A DNA stretch of 64,000 bases from Cenarchaeum sp. (lineage in GTDB: Archaea > Thermoproteota > Nitrososphaeria > Nitrososphaerales > Nitrosopumilaceae). Of the stretch, positions 48,737-59,167 are shown piece after piece. The stretch is taken from positions 832,001-896,000 of the forward strand of contig OY843768.1 of assembly GCA_963693095.2 (NCBI GenBank). Reading direction: 5' to 3'. The first letter of the stretch is position 1; every line of letters starts with the position of its first letter. The notes below the pieces were generated by a model. The model ran no database searches and was not told the origin of the DNA. It saw nothing but the letters and a program-made list of their open reading frames with translations. A program made the position numbers and the translations under genes.

Positions 48737-49498
48737 ATGCCGCAGATTGACTATGCGGAAGCTGCTGATGCGGCCGTGCGCCTAGTCACAGACGCCGTCT
48801 CTTCGGCCGGCGCGAGCGGCGTTGTACTCGGGCTCAGCGGCGGGCTCGACTCGGCAGTCACTGCTGCAATATGCTCAAGGGCGTGCGCGACGACTGCGCT
48901 GGTGATGCCTGACTCACAGGTCACGCCAGGGCGCGACACCGAGGACGCGCAAGGGCTTGCCGGAACGCTAGGCATTGCGAGCCGGACAGTCGATATCGCG
49001 CCAATAGTAAATGAATTTGCGCGACATGTCGATTCCGACGAGAGGGCGCTTGGCAACGCAAGGGCGCGCATCAGGATGTGCCTGCTGTACCACCACGCCA
49101 ACTCTGCAGGCGCACTAGTTGCTGGAACTAGTGACCGGAGCGAGGCGCTCATAGGATACTTTACAAAGCATGGCGACGGTGCGGCCGACGTCTTTCCAAT
49201 AGCGTCGCTCTACAAGGTCCAGGTGAGGAATATGGCGCGGCACCTTGGCATACCAGTGGCAATTGCGCAGAAAAAGAGCGCACCGCACCTGTGGAACAAC
49301 CATGGTGCAGAAGATGAGATCGGCATGGCCTACGAGGAGATTGACCCGATCCTGCACTGCATCGTCGACAGGCGCATGGACGATGCCGACACGGCGCGTG
49401 ATGTCGCCGTTTCCGTCGAGACCGTGGCGCGCGTGCGCTCCATGCACGCAAAAAGCGCGCACAAGCGCGCACCGGCGCCGGGGGCGTGCCCACAGTGA
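48737..49498 (+). CDS. nadE: NH3-dependent NAD+ synthetase
   Basis: LGLSGGLDS, NARARIRM, GYFTKHGDG. Confidence 0.95.
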   Translation: MPQIDYAEAADAAVRLVTDAVSSAGASGVVLGLSGGLDSAVTAAICSRACATTALVMPDSQVTPGRDTEDAQGLAGTLGIASRTVDIAPIVNEFARHVDSDERALGNARARIRMCLLYHHANSAGALVAGTSDRSEALIGYFTKHGDGAADVFPIASLYKVQVRNMARHLGIPVAIAQKKSAPHLWNNHGAEDEIGMAYEEIDPILHCIVDRRMDDADTARDVAVSVETVARVRSMHAKSAHKRAPAPGACPQ

Positions 49499-50871
49499 AG
49501 GTTCACGACACGCTGAGCGGGGAGCGCGTCGGGGTCGGTCCGGCCGGACCCGTGCGCGTGTACGTGTGCGGCGCGACCGTGTATGATGACGCGCATGTCG
49601 GCCATGCGCGATCTGCCATAGTCTTTGACGTCCTGCGCAGGCACCTCGAGCGAGGGGGCGCTAGCGTCAAGCTCGTGCAGAACTTTACTGACGTTGATGA
49701 CAAGATACTCCGGCGCGCCGCAGAGTCCGGCGAGGACGCCGCCACGCTCACCGAGAGGCACATACGCAGGTACAATGAGGACTCTGATGCGCTCAACATA
49801 CTGCGCCCGACTAGCGCGCCTAGGGCAGTGGACCACATCGATGACATGGTCGCAATGATCCGCGAGCTAGTCGATGCCAGGGTCGCCTACGAGACTGCCA
49901 CGGGCGTCTACTTTGACGTGTCATCCTTTGCCCCATATGGCAGGCTGTCCGGCAAGAGGACAGACGAGCTTGTGGCCGGCGCGCGCGTCGGAGTTGACGA
50001 GACAAAGCGCAATGCGCTTGACTTTGCGCTCTGGAAGAGGGCAGAAGGCGAGCGGACATGGCCAAGCCCGTGGGGCACGGGCAGGCCCGGATGGCACATA
50101 GAGTGCTCGGCGATGGCAAGAAAGCACCTGCCCGGAACGATCGACGTGCATGGCGGGGGGCGCGACCTCATATTCCCCCACCACGAGAACGAGATTGCGC
50201 AGTCAGAGTCATGCACAGGGCACAGCCTTGCGCGCGCGTGGATGCATGTCGGAATGGTCACAGTGGACGGCGAAAAGATGTCAAAGTCAGCCGGCAACTC
50301 GCGCACGGTCAGGTCTGCAATCTCGGCGTGGGGAGCCAATGCGTTGCGCGTCTTTTGCCTCGGTGCGCGCTATTCAAAGCGCATAGACTATGTGTCCTCG
50401 GCAATGTCCGAGTGCGTCGAGAGGTGGCGGCAGGCCGAGACGTGCCACTATGAGCTTCGCCGCGCCGGCGTCAATGGCCCGTGCGATCCCGCCGGAGGGC
50501 GATGGCGCAGCTTTGTCGATGCGCTAGATGATGACCTTGACACGCGGCGCGCGCTAGACGAGCTCTTTGGGCTGGCCGGCGAGGTCAACGAGTCAGCCGC
50601 AGGCGGCGCGCTCGGGGATGCAGAGTCCGCATCAGCACGCGGCACGCTTGATGCAATGCTCGGCACGCTTGGCCTGCGGGTCAGCGGCCCGTCACGCGAC
50701 GCCGAGCTGAGACTTGACGAGCTGTGCGCGCTTCGCGAGAGCCGGCGCGCAGAGTCGCGCTATGGCGAGGCAGACGAGGCAAGGGACGAGATGGCATCCA
50801 TGGGCGCAGACGTCCTGGATCATGGCCGGCGAACCGTCTGGGTCTTTAGGGAGCGATCGGCGCAGGAATAG
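49486..50871 (+). CDS. cysS: cysteinyl-tRNA synthetase
   Basis: HVGH, GRPGWHIECS, DLIFPHHENE, KMSKS. Confidence 0.96.
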   Translation: MPTVKVHDTLSGERVGVGPAGPVRVYVCGATVYDDAHVGHARSAIVFDVLRRHLERGGASVKLVQNFTDVDDKILRRAAESGEDAATLTERHIRRYNEDSDALNILRPTSAPRAVDHIDDMVAMIRELVDARVAYETATGVYFDVSSFAPYGRLSGKRTDELVAGARVGVDETKRNALDFALWKRAEGERTWPSPWGTGRPGWHIECSAMARKHLPGTIDVHGGGRDLIFPHHENEIAQSESCTGHSLARAWMHVGMVTVDGEKMSKSAGNSRTVRSAISAWGANALRVFCLGARYSKRIDYVSSAMSECVERWRQAETCHYELRRAGVNGPCDPAGGRWRSFVDALDDDLDTRRALDELFGLAGEVNESAAGGALGDAESASARGTLDAMLGTLGLRVSGPSRDAELRLDELCALRESRRAESRYGEADEARDEMASMGADVLDHGRRTVWVFRERSAQE

Positions 50872-50875
50872 TGAA

Positions 50876-50971
50876 TGGACCGGATGGGATTTGAACCCAT
50901 GACCATTGCGGGGCGCCGCGGCGCCCTTACGCAGTGTGAGTGCGTCATCCTAGCCGCTAGACGACCGGTCC
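50876..50971 (-). tRNA. tRNA-Val(CAC) with 23-nt non-canonical intron (50905-50927, about position 44/45)
   Basis: Acceptor GGACCGG/CCGGTCC, anticodon arm ACGCA-CTCACAC-TGCGT, T-arm ATGGG-TTCAAAT-CCCAT; BHB motif; spliced length 73 nt. Confidence 0.92.
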
Positions 50972-51039
50972 GTCGGCGGTGGCGCAGGCAGCCGCTTTTG
51001 ACTCTTTAGGTTTGATGCGCGCAGGCGTGGGCCGGAGGG

Positions 51040-51207
51040 CTACTTTTTGGCGCCTAGTGCCCTGTTCTTTAGGCGCAGTGCCGAGTGGTGGCACTTGCGG
51101 CAGCGTGTCGCGGCCAGCGCGTTTCGCGCGCCGCAGTTAAAGCATATCTTGAGGTGAAGGCGCGCCTTTTGCGCTATCTGCTTCTTTTCGGGATCCGCTA
51201 TGGGCAT
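51040..51207 (-). CDS. rpl40e: 50S ribosomal protein L40e (absent from ORF track)
   Basis: MPIADPEKKQIAQKARLHLKICFNCGARNALAATRCRKCHHSALRLKNRALGAKK. Confidence 0.93.
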   Translation of the reverse strand: MPIADPEKKQIAQKARLHLKICFNCGARNALAATRCRKCHHSALRLKNRALGAKK

Positions 51208-51323
51208 CGTCGCGCACGCGACCCGCGCCCCTTTTTAACCTACCCGCCCATGGCGCCCAAACGGGCCGGCCACGCGCACCAATGGCATATAGTCCAGGAT
51301 CGCGCCAGAAAGCAGAAGGCCCA

Positions 51324-52238
51324 TCAGGCACTGCCGCGAATCTTGCCGGCTAGCAGAACCGAGACCTCGGCAGGCCGGCGGGCGACTGGCACGTTGGCCT
51401 TTGTGAACATGTCCACCTTTGACTCTGCAGAGCCATAGTTGCCGTACACGATAGCGCCGGCATGGCCCATGCGCTTCTCCTTTGGCGCCGCACGGCCGGC
51501 AATGTAGGCCACAACGGGAAGCTCAAAGCCCGTGTCGATTATCTTTTGCGCCAGCGTCTCCTCGGCGTCCCCGCCTATCTCCCCGACAACGACAATGCCG
51601 CGCAAGCCACTGATGCCGCGAACCATCTCAAATGCGTCAACGAGGCGCATGCCATTCACGGGATCTCCCCCAATTCCCAGCGTGATGCACTGGCCAAAGC
51701 CGGCCTGCGTCAGGTTGTTTGATATCTCATAGAGGAGCGTGCCGCTCTTTGAGAGGACGGCAATGTCCCCTGGCGCAAATGGGCTGGCAGGCATGATGCC
51801 CACCTTTATCGTGCCGGGAATCATGACGCCCGGCGTGTTGGGGCCGATGACGAGGGCGCCGTTCCTGGCGGCAAGCTCGATGACCTCGAGTGTGTCCCTT
51901 ACGGGCACGTGCTCGGGTATCGCCACGAGGAGTCGCGCGCCGGCCTCGAGTGCCTCGCGCGCGGCGCCAAGAAAGTGCCTCGCCGGAACAAAGTTTGCGA
52001 CAATCTCGGCGTGCGTGGCCGAGATCGCCTCGGCGACGGTGTTGTACAGCGGTATGCCCTCAAAGTCGCCGCCGCCCTTGCCGGGCGTGACACCGGCGGC
52101 TATGTTTGTGCCATAGTCGCGCATGAGGCGCGTGTGGCGCGAGCCAAACGTGCCGGTCATGCCCTGCACAATGACTGGCTTTTTGCCATAGTCGGCATCG
52201 CCCTCCTTGCCGCGCAATGTCTCAAAGATGTCAATCAT
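51324..52238 (-). CDS. sucD: succinyl-CoA synthetase alpha subunit
   Basis: GVTPGKGG, IGPNTPG, SKSGTL, GEIGG, RMGHAGA. Confidence 0.95.
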   Translation of the reverse strand: MIDIFETLRGKEGDADYGKKPVIVQGMTGTFGSRHTRLMRDYGTNIAAGVTPGKGGGDFEGIPLYNTVAEAISATHAEIVANFVPARHFLGAAREALEAGARLLVAIPEHVPVRDTLEVIELAARNGALVIGPNTPGVMIPGTIKVGIMPASPFAPGDIAVLSKSGTLLYEISNNLTQAGFGQCITLGIGGDPVNGMRLVDAFEMVRGISGLRGIVVVGEIGGDAEETLAQKIIDTGFELPVVAYIAGRAAPKEKRMGHAGAIVYGNYGSAESKVDMFTKANVPVARRPAEVSVLLAGKIRGSA

Positions 52239-53344
52239 CGCCGCTTTGCCCCACGGACTGCGGCGTTGATCGCCTCCTCGACGGTGTCAAACATCTCTAT
52301 CTGCGAGCCATCAAGCATCTCCTTTGCCTTGTCTGACTCGGCGCCCTTTAGGCGCGCAAATGTCGGCAGCGATATGGTTCCGTCGCCGTACGCCTTTAGG
52401 AACGCAGTGGCCACAGTTGTGGTCCTCACTATGCCACCGTAGAGGTTTACGAGGATTGCGCGCGTGCGGCGCATCTTGCTGATTAGCGTGACTGCCTCAT
52501 AGACTGACTCTACAGTCGCGCCGCCGCCCACGTCAAGAAAGCACGACGGCTTGCCGCCGCTGTCAGAGAGCATGTCAAATGTTGACATGACAAGGCCTGC
52601 GCCATTGCCGACAACTGCAATGTCGCCGTCCATCTCTACAAGCGAGAATCCCCTTGCCGTGGCCCGATCCTCGAGCTCGGAGACCTCCCTGTACTTTTGG
52701 AGCTCGGGGTGCCTAAAGTTGGAGTTGTCATCCGTTATGACCTTGCCGTCAAGGGCCGTCATGGTCTGCCCATCGATTATGGCAAGGGGGTTGATCTCGG
52801 CGAGCTCGGCCTCCTTTTCCATCGCAAGGCGCGAGAGCGACTCGAGCGTCTTGACAAAGGATGCGGCCATGTCGCCCTTTAGGCCGATCTCGTCTGCGAT
52901 AGCAGCGCACGTGGCCGCATCGACGCCGTCGAGGCCGATCTCGCGAATCGTCTGGCCCTTGACTGACTCGATCTCGACGCCGCCCTCTGATGACGCGATG
53001 ACCGTGTATGTTCGCGTGCCCCTGTTGAGCATTAGGGCCAGATACAGCTCGGAGGATATCGTCGCGGCCTTTTCAACTAGTATCGTGCGCGTCTGCTCGC
53101 CCTTTATCGTCATGTTTAGAACCTCGGGGAACTTTATCTCGAGATCATCAGGGCCAGAGCACTTTTGTATTCCGCCGGCCTTGCCCCTGCCGCCCACCGG
53201 CACCTGTGACTTTATGACCACGGGGTAGCCCATCTGGCCGGCAGCCTCTTTGGCCTCCCCAACATCACCGCAGACCTTGCCGTCTAGGAGGCGTATTCCA
53301 TACTCGGCAAAGAGTTCCTTTGCCTGGTACTCTAGGAGACGCAC
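52235..53344 (-). CDS. sucC: succinyl-CoA synthetase beta subunit
   Basis: LLEYQAKELF, GGRGKAGG, EINPL, GNGAGL, FLDVGGGA. Confidence 0.95.
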   Translation of the reverse strand: MRLLEYQAKELFAEYGIRLLDGKVCGDVGEAKEAAGQMGYPVVIKSQVPVGGRGKAGGIQKCSGPDDLEIKFPEVLNMTIKGEQTRTILVEKAATISSELYLALMLNRGTRTYTVIASSEGGVEIESVKGQTIREIGLDGVDAATCAAIADEIGLKGDMAASFVKTLESLSRLAMEKEAELAEINPLAIIDGQTMTALDGKVITDDNSNFRHPELQKYREVSELEDRATARGFSLVEMDGDIAVVGNGAGLVMSTFDMLSDSGGKPSCFLDVGGGATVESVYEAVTLISKMRRTRAILVNLYGGIVRTTTVATAFLKAYGDGTISLPTFARLKGAESDKAKEMLDGSQIEMFDTVEEAINAAVRGAKRR

Positions 53345-53368
53345 GCGCGCGCCTCGCCTGATGCATCC

Positions 53369-53719
53369 TTATAAGCTGTCGCCACGAAGCTCGGACTCGA
53401 GCATTGCGAGAACCTGCGCAAAACGCTCCCTGCTCGCGCCGATTAGGCGTGCCGGATACTCGTCTAGCGTAAAGACGGACTGGCTGTGGATGCTCGGCGG
53501 GACCGGTCCGCCTGAGATGATGCGCTGCTCTATGACATGGCCGCTAGTGAGCGTGCAGACTATCTCCTCGTATGAGGAGCCGTCCTCCTCGAGAACTAGC
53601 CTGTAGAGCGTTATTGGCGTGCCCGTCTTTTCGACGGCGCGCGAGCCCCGCGAGAGGAGATCGCGCATCTGGCGCGCCTGGTACGAGTCGAGGCTGATCT
53701 GCCTAACCATGGCTCGCAT
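53369..53719 (-). CDS. hypothetical protein
   Basis: 116-aa ORF with TTAAATA upstream. Confidence 0.7.
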   Translation of the reverse strand: MRAMVRQISLDSYQARQMRDLLSRGSRAVEKTGTPITLYRLVLEEDGSSYEEIVCTLTSGHVIEQRIISGGPVPPSIHSQSVFTLDEYPARLIGASRERFAQVLAMLESELRGDSL

Positions 53720-53764
53720 ATGCCGGTTTTTCTATTTAATGGTGATCATTGGACATGCTCTGCG

Positions 53765-56700
53765 CTAGCCCACCGCAATGCGGATGGGCTGCCCGTCAAC
53801 GTCGCCGTCGGCGTACTCGGCGCCCTGCCGCTCAGAGAGCGTGACGCCCCTGACCCTCACAAGAAACGCAAGCTCCTCGAGCCGGCCGGCCACCATGGAC
53901 TCCTGCTCGGGCGCCAGGCCACTGACTGCGGCATACTCGAGAACGTCAGTAGGGTTGTGCCCGCGCTCCTTGCGCAGGGCCTGCAGGCGGCGCGCGAGGT
54001 CCCGCACGAGCCCGCGGCAGACCATCTCGTCGCTCCGGCTCGAGGGCAGGATGGCGGCCAGGCCGTCCCTGTCTGAGATCTCGTTCTCCCCCGTTGCGCG
54101 AACGCCCACGCCAATGTCCCCAGAGTCCAGGACGATCTCGCGATCCCCGACCGTTAGCGCGTACCGGCCGTCGGCCTCGAGCGTGCCGGAGATCTCGGCC
54201 GGATCGGCGCGCGCAATCTCCTCAATCAGGCGCGGCAGGAGATCCCTGGCCTTGGGGCCGGCGGACTTGCGGTCAAGCTCGACGACAGGCTCCACGGGGA
54301 GCCCGAGTGAGGCGAGCTCGCGCACGCGTGCGGCACCAGACGCGCCGGCGTCGGCCTCGAGTATCTCCACGCTCTCGGCGTTGAGCTGCTCGCGCAGTAT
54401 GTCCATGACGCCCTCAAGAAGGCCGCGCTGCGACCTGCCGACAACAAGCGTTATGCGCTCTATTGGCCACCGGCGCTTTAGCCGTGCGCGCGTGCGCGCG
54501 GCAGCGGCAACTGACACAAGGCGCGCCATGAGGTCAAATGACTCCTCGAGGCGCGAGTCGGCCACCCTGTCATCGACTGCGGGCCATGACGATGAGGCCA
54601 GCGCGGAGCCAAAGACTGCAGAGTGGAGGTGCTCTGTCGTGTATGGGCAAAATGGGTGCAGGAGGGCATCGACGGTGCGAAGCGCATGGGCCATCACCAT
54701 GTAGACCGTGCGCCGACGTGCGGCAGCGCCGTCGGACTCGTCCCACAGGTCTGCGCGCGTCATTGGCACGTATGACTGGCTCAGGTCGTTGATCACATAG
54801 TCCTCTATGGCGTGGGCAGCCTCGTGAATCCTGCACGAGTCAATGTCGCGCGTGACCCGGGACACCGTCCCATGGAGGCGCGAGAGTATCCACCGGTCAG
54901 ATGGCGATGTGCAGTCTGGCAGCTTGGCAGACGCGCTGCCAGACACGTCAACGCCGTCATACTCGGCGTTCTGCTCAAGGTATGCGTGCAGGTTGTAGAG
55001 CGTGGCGAGAACCTGGTACGGGCGCGTTCCAAGCTCGCGCTCGTCAAAGTTTACCGACTCGATGGGGCTGGACTTCCACAAAAAGTACAGTCGAACAAGG
55101 TCGACCGGGCGGCGCTCTAGGAGCTCGTGCGCGTCAATCACGTTGCCCTTGCTCTTGCTCATCTTGTTGCCCTCATGGTCAAGGACATGGCCCTGGAACA
55201 GAAATGACGAATAGGGCGCCGACGGGGCGCCAGCCAGTATGACGCCCTCGACGAGCAGCGTGTATGCCCACCCGCGCGTCTGGTCAATGCCCTCGGTCAG
55301 AAAGGGCACGGGGACGAGGCGCGCGTGGGACGCGTCATCCAGTGACGAATAGGGCGCCGAGCCGCTGTTGTGCCACGTGTCAAGGACGTACTTTTCGCGG
55401 CTCGTCTCCTTGCCCCCGCATGAGGAGCAGCGGATCGTGATCCGGTCGATCCACGGCATGTGGAGCTCAAAGTCCTCCCCGTCGGGAAGCGACTCGGCCG
55501 CATCGAGGATCTCGCGGCGCGAGTGGAGCCACGTCTTTGCGCCGCACGAGGAGCATCCCCACACGGGCAGGGGCGTGCCCCAGTAGCGCTCACGCGAGAT
55601 GCACCACGGATGGCGCTCGGAGACTATGCCCAAAAAGCGGTTGCGCGTCTGCTCGTAATAGTACTCTACGGCAGTGGCCGCATCAACTGTCATGCTGCCG
55701 AGTCTGTCCAGCATGTAAAACCACCCGCGCCTCGCAAGCCACACCAGCGCGTCACCGGAGCGCCAGCAGTGCGGGTACTGGTGCTTGATCTTGCGCGCGC
55801 GCACCAGCGCCCCCCTCTCGCGCAGCGAGGCGACTATCGCATCATCTGCATCGCGCACAAACATGCCCGCATACTTGCCCGCATCGCCAGTAAAGCGCAC
55901 CGCGTCATCGATTGGGCAAAAGACGGGAACCTTGCGCCTCTGCGCAACGCGCATGTCCTCCTCGCCGTTTGCCGGAGATATGTGGACGAGGCCGCTCCCC
56001 GTGGCCGTGTCAACAAAGGGCTCGGCCACGACTGTGTGGTATGGCGCATTGCCGGCAAGTCCCGCAAGGCCGGGAATCTCGTCCAGGAGAGGGTGGAGAT
56101 ACCTTTTGCCCTCCAGGGCAGAGCCCCGGACAGTCGACATGACGCTATACTCCTCGAGGCGCGCCTCTTTTGCAAACTCGGCGAGGCGCGTCTGGCCGAC
56201 GATCCACGTCTCATCACCTGCCTTTATGCGGCAGTACTCCTCCTCAGGATGGACCGCGACTAGCGCGTCGGTGACGAGCGTAAAGGGCATGGTGGTCCAC
56301 ACGACAAGGCTGGCGTCCTCGCCGTCGAGGCGAACCTTGTAGTAGAGCGATGGATCGGTTGCCTCCTTGTACCCCTGCGCGACTTCGGCATGGCTGAGCG
56401 ACGTCTGGCATCCTGGGCAGTACGCGATAACCGCATAGTCATCACGCAGCACGCCGAGTTCGCGCGCGCGCCGCAGAACCTGCCATTCACGCTCAATGTA
56501 CGCATCAGTGTACGTCCAGTACGCAGAGTCGTCGTCAGCAGACATGCCAAGTAGCCTGTCGACTGTGACCCAGCGGTCATGGTACTCGCGCACTATTCTC
56601 TTGCACTCGGCGACGAGGCCCTCTATGCCATGCTCCTCTATCCTTGACTTTGAGCCCTCTATTCCGAGCTCCTTTTGCGCCTGCAGCTCGACTGGGAGGC

Positions 56701-56950
56701 CCTGCGCGTCCCATCCGGCCGCGTATGTCACATTGTATCCGCGGAGCGTCTTGTAGCGGTACCACATGTCCTTGATGACACGGCCCCTGACGTGGCCTGC
56801 GTGCGGAACGCCGTTCATTGTTGGCGGGCCCTCGATGATCGCAATCTCGGGCGCACCGTCTTGCCCACTTGGTGACTTGCGTGCTGCCTCTAGGCGCGGG
56901 CGCGCATCGCGCTCGATTTGCTTGAGGTCCATCTTGCCTTCAAGACCCAT
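53765..56950 (-). CDS. ileS: isoleucyl-tRNA synthetase
   Basis: EGPP..NG.PHAGH, WTTMPFTL, WCISRERYWG, EGIDQTRGW, KMSKSKGN. Confidence 0.96.
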   Translation of the reverse strand: MGLEGKMDLKQIERDARPRLEAARKSPSGQDGAPEIAIIEGPPTMNGVPHAGHVRGRVIKDMWYRYKTLRGYNVTYAAGWDAQGLPVELQAQKELGIEGSKSRIEEHGIEGLVAECKRIVREYHDRWVTVDRLLGMSADDDSAYWTYTDAYIEREWQVLRRARELGVLRDDYAVIAYCPGCQTSLSHAEVAQGYKEATDPSLYYKVRLDGEDASLVVWTTMPFTLVTDALVAVHPEEEYCRIKAGDETWIVGQTRLAEFAKEARLEEYSVMSTVRGSALEGKRYLHPLLDEIPGLAGLAGNAPYHTVVAEPFVDTATGSGLVHISPANGEEDMRVAQRRKVPVFCPIDDAVRFTGDAGKYAGMFVRDADDAIVASLRERGALVRARKIKHQYPHCWRSGDALVWLARRGWFYMLDRLGSMTVDAATAVEYYYEQTRNRFLGIVSERHPWCISRERYWGTPLPVWGCSSCGAKTWLHSRREILDAAESLPDGEDFELHMPWIDRITIRCSSCGGKETSREKYVLDTWHNSGSAPYSSLDDASHARLVPVPFLTEGIDQTRGWAYTLLVEGVILAGAPSAPYSSFLFQGHVLDHEGNKMSKSKGNVIDAHELLERRPVDLVRLYFLWKSSPIESVNFDERELGTRPYQVLATLYNLHAYLEQNAEYDGVDVSGSASAKLPDCTSPSDRWILSRLHGTVSRVTRDIDSCRIHEAAHAIEDYVINDLSQSYVPMTRADLWDESDGAAARRRTVYMVMAHALRTVDALLHPFCPYTTEHLHSAVFGSALASSSWPAVDDRVADSRLEESFDLMARLVSVAAAARTRARLKRRWPIERITLVVGRSQRGLLEGVMDILREQLNAESVEILEADAGASGAARVRELASLGLPVEPVVELDRKSAGPKARDLLPRLIEEIARADPAEISGTLEADGRYALTVGDREIVLDSGDIGVGVRATGENEISDRDGLAAILPSSRSDEMVCRGLVRDLARRLQALRKERGHNPTDVLEYAAVSGLAPEQESMVAGRLEELAFLVRVRGVTLSERQGAEYADGDVDGQPIRIAVG

Positions 56951-57046
56951 GGGGCAGCGCAGTGCGGGCGCTCGTTATAAAGTTAGACGGGTCTTACGCA
57001 CATGATCCAAATGGTTCAATTAGCGGCAGTCATTTTGGCATGCCGC

Positions 57047-57601
57047 ATGAGCGGGCACGGCAGCGTTGGGGAGATTCGCCAGAGCGTCATTGGGTGTACC
57101 AAGTGCCCCTTGTGCTCGACGCGCACAAACGCCGTGCCCGGAAAGGGAGACGAGCACGCCAGAATAATCCTTGTGGGCGAGGCGCCGGGGCGACGCGAGG
57201 ACGAGCGCGGCGAGCCGTTTGTCGGAGCCGCAGGCCACATACTCGATAACGCGCTCGCCGGTGCCGGCCTCTCGCGCGAGTCAGTATACATCACAAACAC
57301 GGTAAAGTGCAGGCCGCCAGACAACAGGGTTCCAACTGACGCCGAGCGCGCCGCGTGTGCAGGATACCTTGCCGCCGAGATATCGCTCATATCGCCAAAA
57401 ATAGTCTGCATAATGGGCAACACCGCGTACAAGAGCATACTTGGGGGCAGCAGCATCACGCGTGAGCGCGGCAAGACCATACACAGGGACGGCATTGACT
57501 ATTTTCTCACGGTCCATCCGGCCGCTGTCATTTACAACCGCAGCCTCGAGGGCGCGCTAGGCGACGACATGAAGGCCCTAGCGAGGATTGCCGGAGGGTA
57601 G
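57047..57601 (+). CDS. uracil-DNA glycosylase, family 4
   Basis: CTKCPL, GEAPG, PFVG, KCRPP.NR, HPA. Confidence 0.94.
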   Translation: MSGHGSVGEIRQSVIGCTKCPLCSTRTNAVPGKGDEHARIILVGEAPGRREDERGEPFVGAAGHILDNALAGAGLSRESVYITNTVKCRPPDNRVPTDAERAACAGYLAAEISLISPKIVCIMGNTAYKSILGGSSITRERGKTIHRDGIDYFLTVHPAAVIYNRSLEGALGDDMKALARIAGG

Positions 57602-57602
57602 C

Positions 57603-58166
57603 ATGAGGCCGCTGCCACGGAAGTTCTATGCCAGGGACACCGTCACCGTCGCGCGCGACCTTTTGGGCCGCACGCTAGTGCGCCGCGCGGCAGGGGGGAG
57701 GGCGACGATGGCCGGAACAATAGTCGAGACTGAAGCGTACAGGGCGTCTGACGATCCCGCAAGCCATGCGAGACGCGGCATGACGCAGAGGAACAGGGCA
57801 ATGTTCGGCGAGGTCGGGCGCGCGTACGTCTACTTTACCTATGGCATGCATTATTGCCTCAACGCCGTAGCGCGCAGCAGCAGGCATGACGCCGGCGCTG
57901 TCCTAATTCGCGCGATCAGGCCGACTATGGGAGAGTGCATCATGGAAAAAAACCGCCATGGATGCGCCGCGCGCATAATAGCCGACGGGCCGGCAAAGCT
58001 CACGCAGGCCATGGGCATAACTACTGGCCTGTACGGGACAGACCTGACTAGGCGCGGAGACCTGTATGTTGCCGGTGACGTGGCATCTCGCAGGCGCATT
58101 GCCACAGGCGCGCGCATTGGTATACGAAATGGGCTAGACATGATGTGGAACTTTAGGCTAGCCTGA
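57603..58166 (+). CDS. DNA-3-methyladenine glycosylase (AAG/MPG)
   Basis: IVETEAY, YVYFTYGMHYC, AVLIRA, GPAKL, RIGI. Confidence 0.94.
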   Translation: MRPLPRKFYARDTVTVARDLLGRTLVRRAAGGRATMAGTIVETEAYRASDDPASHARRGMTQRNRAMFGEVGRAYVYFTYGMHYCLNAVARSSRHDAGAVLIRAIRPTMGECIMEKNRHGCAARIIADGPAKLTQAMGITTGLYGTDLTRRGDLYVAGDVASRRRIATGARIGIRNGLDMMWNFRLA

Positions 58167-58808
58167 GCGCGCATTGCCATTATCGTCTTCATCGAGCGTC
58201 CAGGGCGCCACGCGTCCTAGCACACGCGACCAGTCGAGTCGCAAGAGCGCGATCACGATGACCGTAACGGCAGCCCCGAACACGATTATGCCAATCAGCA
58301 CATACAGGACATTGCCGTCAACCTGCGACATGGCAGACTCTACTAGCGAGGCACCAAGATAGTGCGCGAGGAGAACTGTCGCATAGTTGAGGACGAGCTT
58401 GCCTGACAGCGTGTATATCAGAAAACGCACGGGGTTGTACCTTGCTATGCCAAGCGGGATGTAGACGAGGTCATCAGGTATCGGCGTGGCTGCTGCAACA
58501 AATGTCGCAATGCCGCCGTACCGCTTTACAAGGCGCTCAAATGGCCGTATTCGCGCCCGCGTCTTTGGGGCAATCATGCGCCTCCCCCCATAGCTGACCG
58601 AGAATATTATCTGCTTTGCCGCAGTTGCAGTCAGCGCAGATATCAGCGCCAGAGCATGCAGGTTGAACGTGTCTCCCACTGACATTGTCACAAGGAATAT
58701 GAACGAGGGCACGGGCACAAACGGTATGAGTGAGCCCACAAAGCTGACCAGTCCAAGTCCAAAATAGCTCAGCTCGGAGGACAGACCGAGCAGCGTGAAC
58801 AGATCCAC
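58158..58808 (-). CDS. VTT/DedA (SNARE-associated) membrane protein
   Basis: IPFVPVP, AATPIPDDLVYIPLG, F....GK. Confidence 0.82.
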   Translation of the reverse strand: MDLFTLLGLSSELSYFGLGLVSFVGSLIPFVPVPSFIFLVTMSVGDTFNLHALALISALTATAAKQIIFSVSYGGRRMIAPKTRARIRPFERLVKRYGGIATFVAAATPIPDDLVYIPLGIARYNPVRFLIYTLSGKLVLNYATVLLAHYLGASLVESAMSQVDGNVLYVLIGIIVFGAAVTVIVIALLRLDWSRVLGRVAPWTLDEDDNGNARSG

Positions 58809-59029
58809 CGGCAGGCCGCGTCGGCGGCAATTATTTAACTGTGAAGCGCCCATCAGCGGTCAAGGCGCATTCCAACGCACGTCAGGCATCGCTGTCCACA
58901 TAACTGCCGGAAATGCCGCATTGCAGGGCATCACCCGGCCACCATTGAGAGGTTCCACGGACCCTGCATGATGCCGTGTCAAAGGTCAAGCGCCAGATAT
59001 CGCCCATGACACACAGCGTCAGGATCCCA

Positions 59030-59167
59030 GCCTATATTTCAAAAATAATTCTGTTTTTCTAAAAAACACGTAAAATAATCAATTTATCCAAAAGTCAGCC
59101 GATTTGAAACAGATCATATATAAGGAAAATAAAATAGGTATATATATTAAATATGCAGTAGCGGGGC
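59030..59167 (+). promoter_or_regulatory. AT-rich promoter region of the ATPase/toxin cassette
   Basis: AAAATAGG followed by TATATATTAAATA about 25 nt upstream of ATG 59168. Confidence 0.6.

Noticed and set aside
3948-58166. Apparent enrichment of DNA-repair genes (dinB, Nre, MGMT, DUF99, UDG, MPG)
   Set aside because: Scattered core genes; only UDG and MPG are directly adjacent on the same strand, so there is no evidence of a dedicated system.
59052-59068. TGTTTTT-CTA-AAAAACA inverted repeat as an operator for the toxin cassette
   Set aside because: Only 7 bp, mostly homopolymer in AT-rich DNA; not significant on its own.
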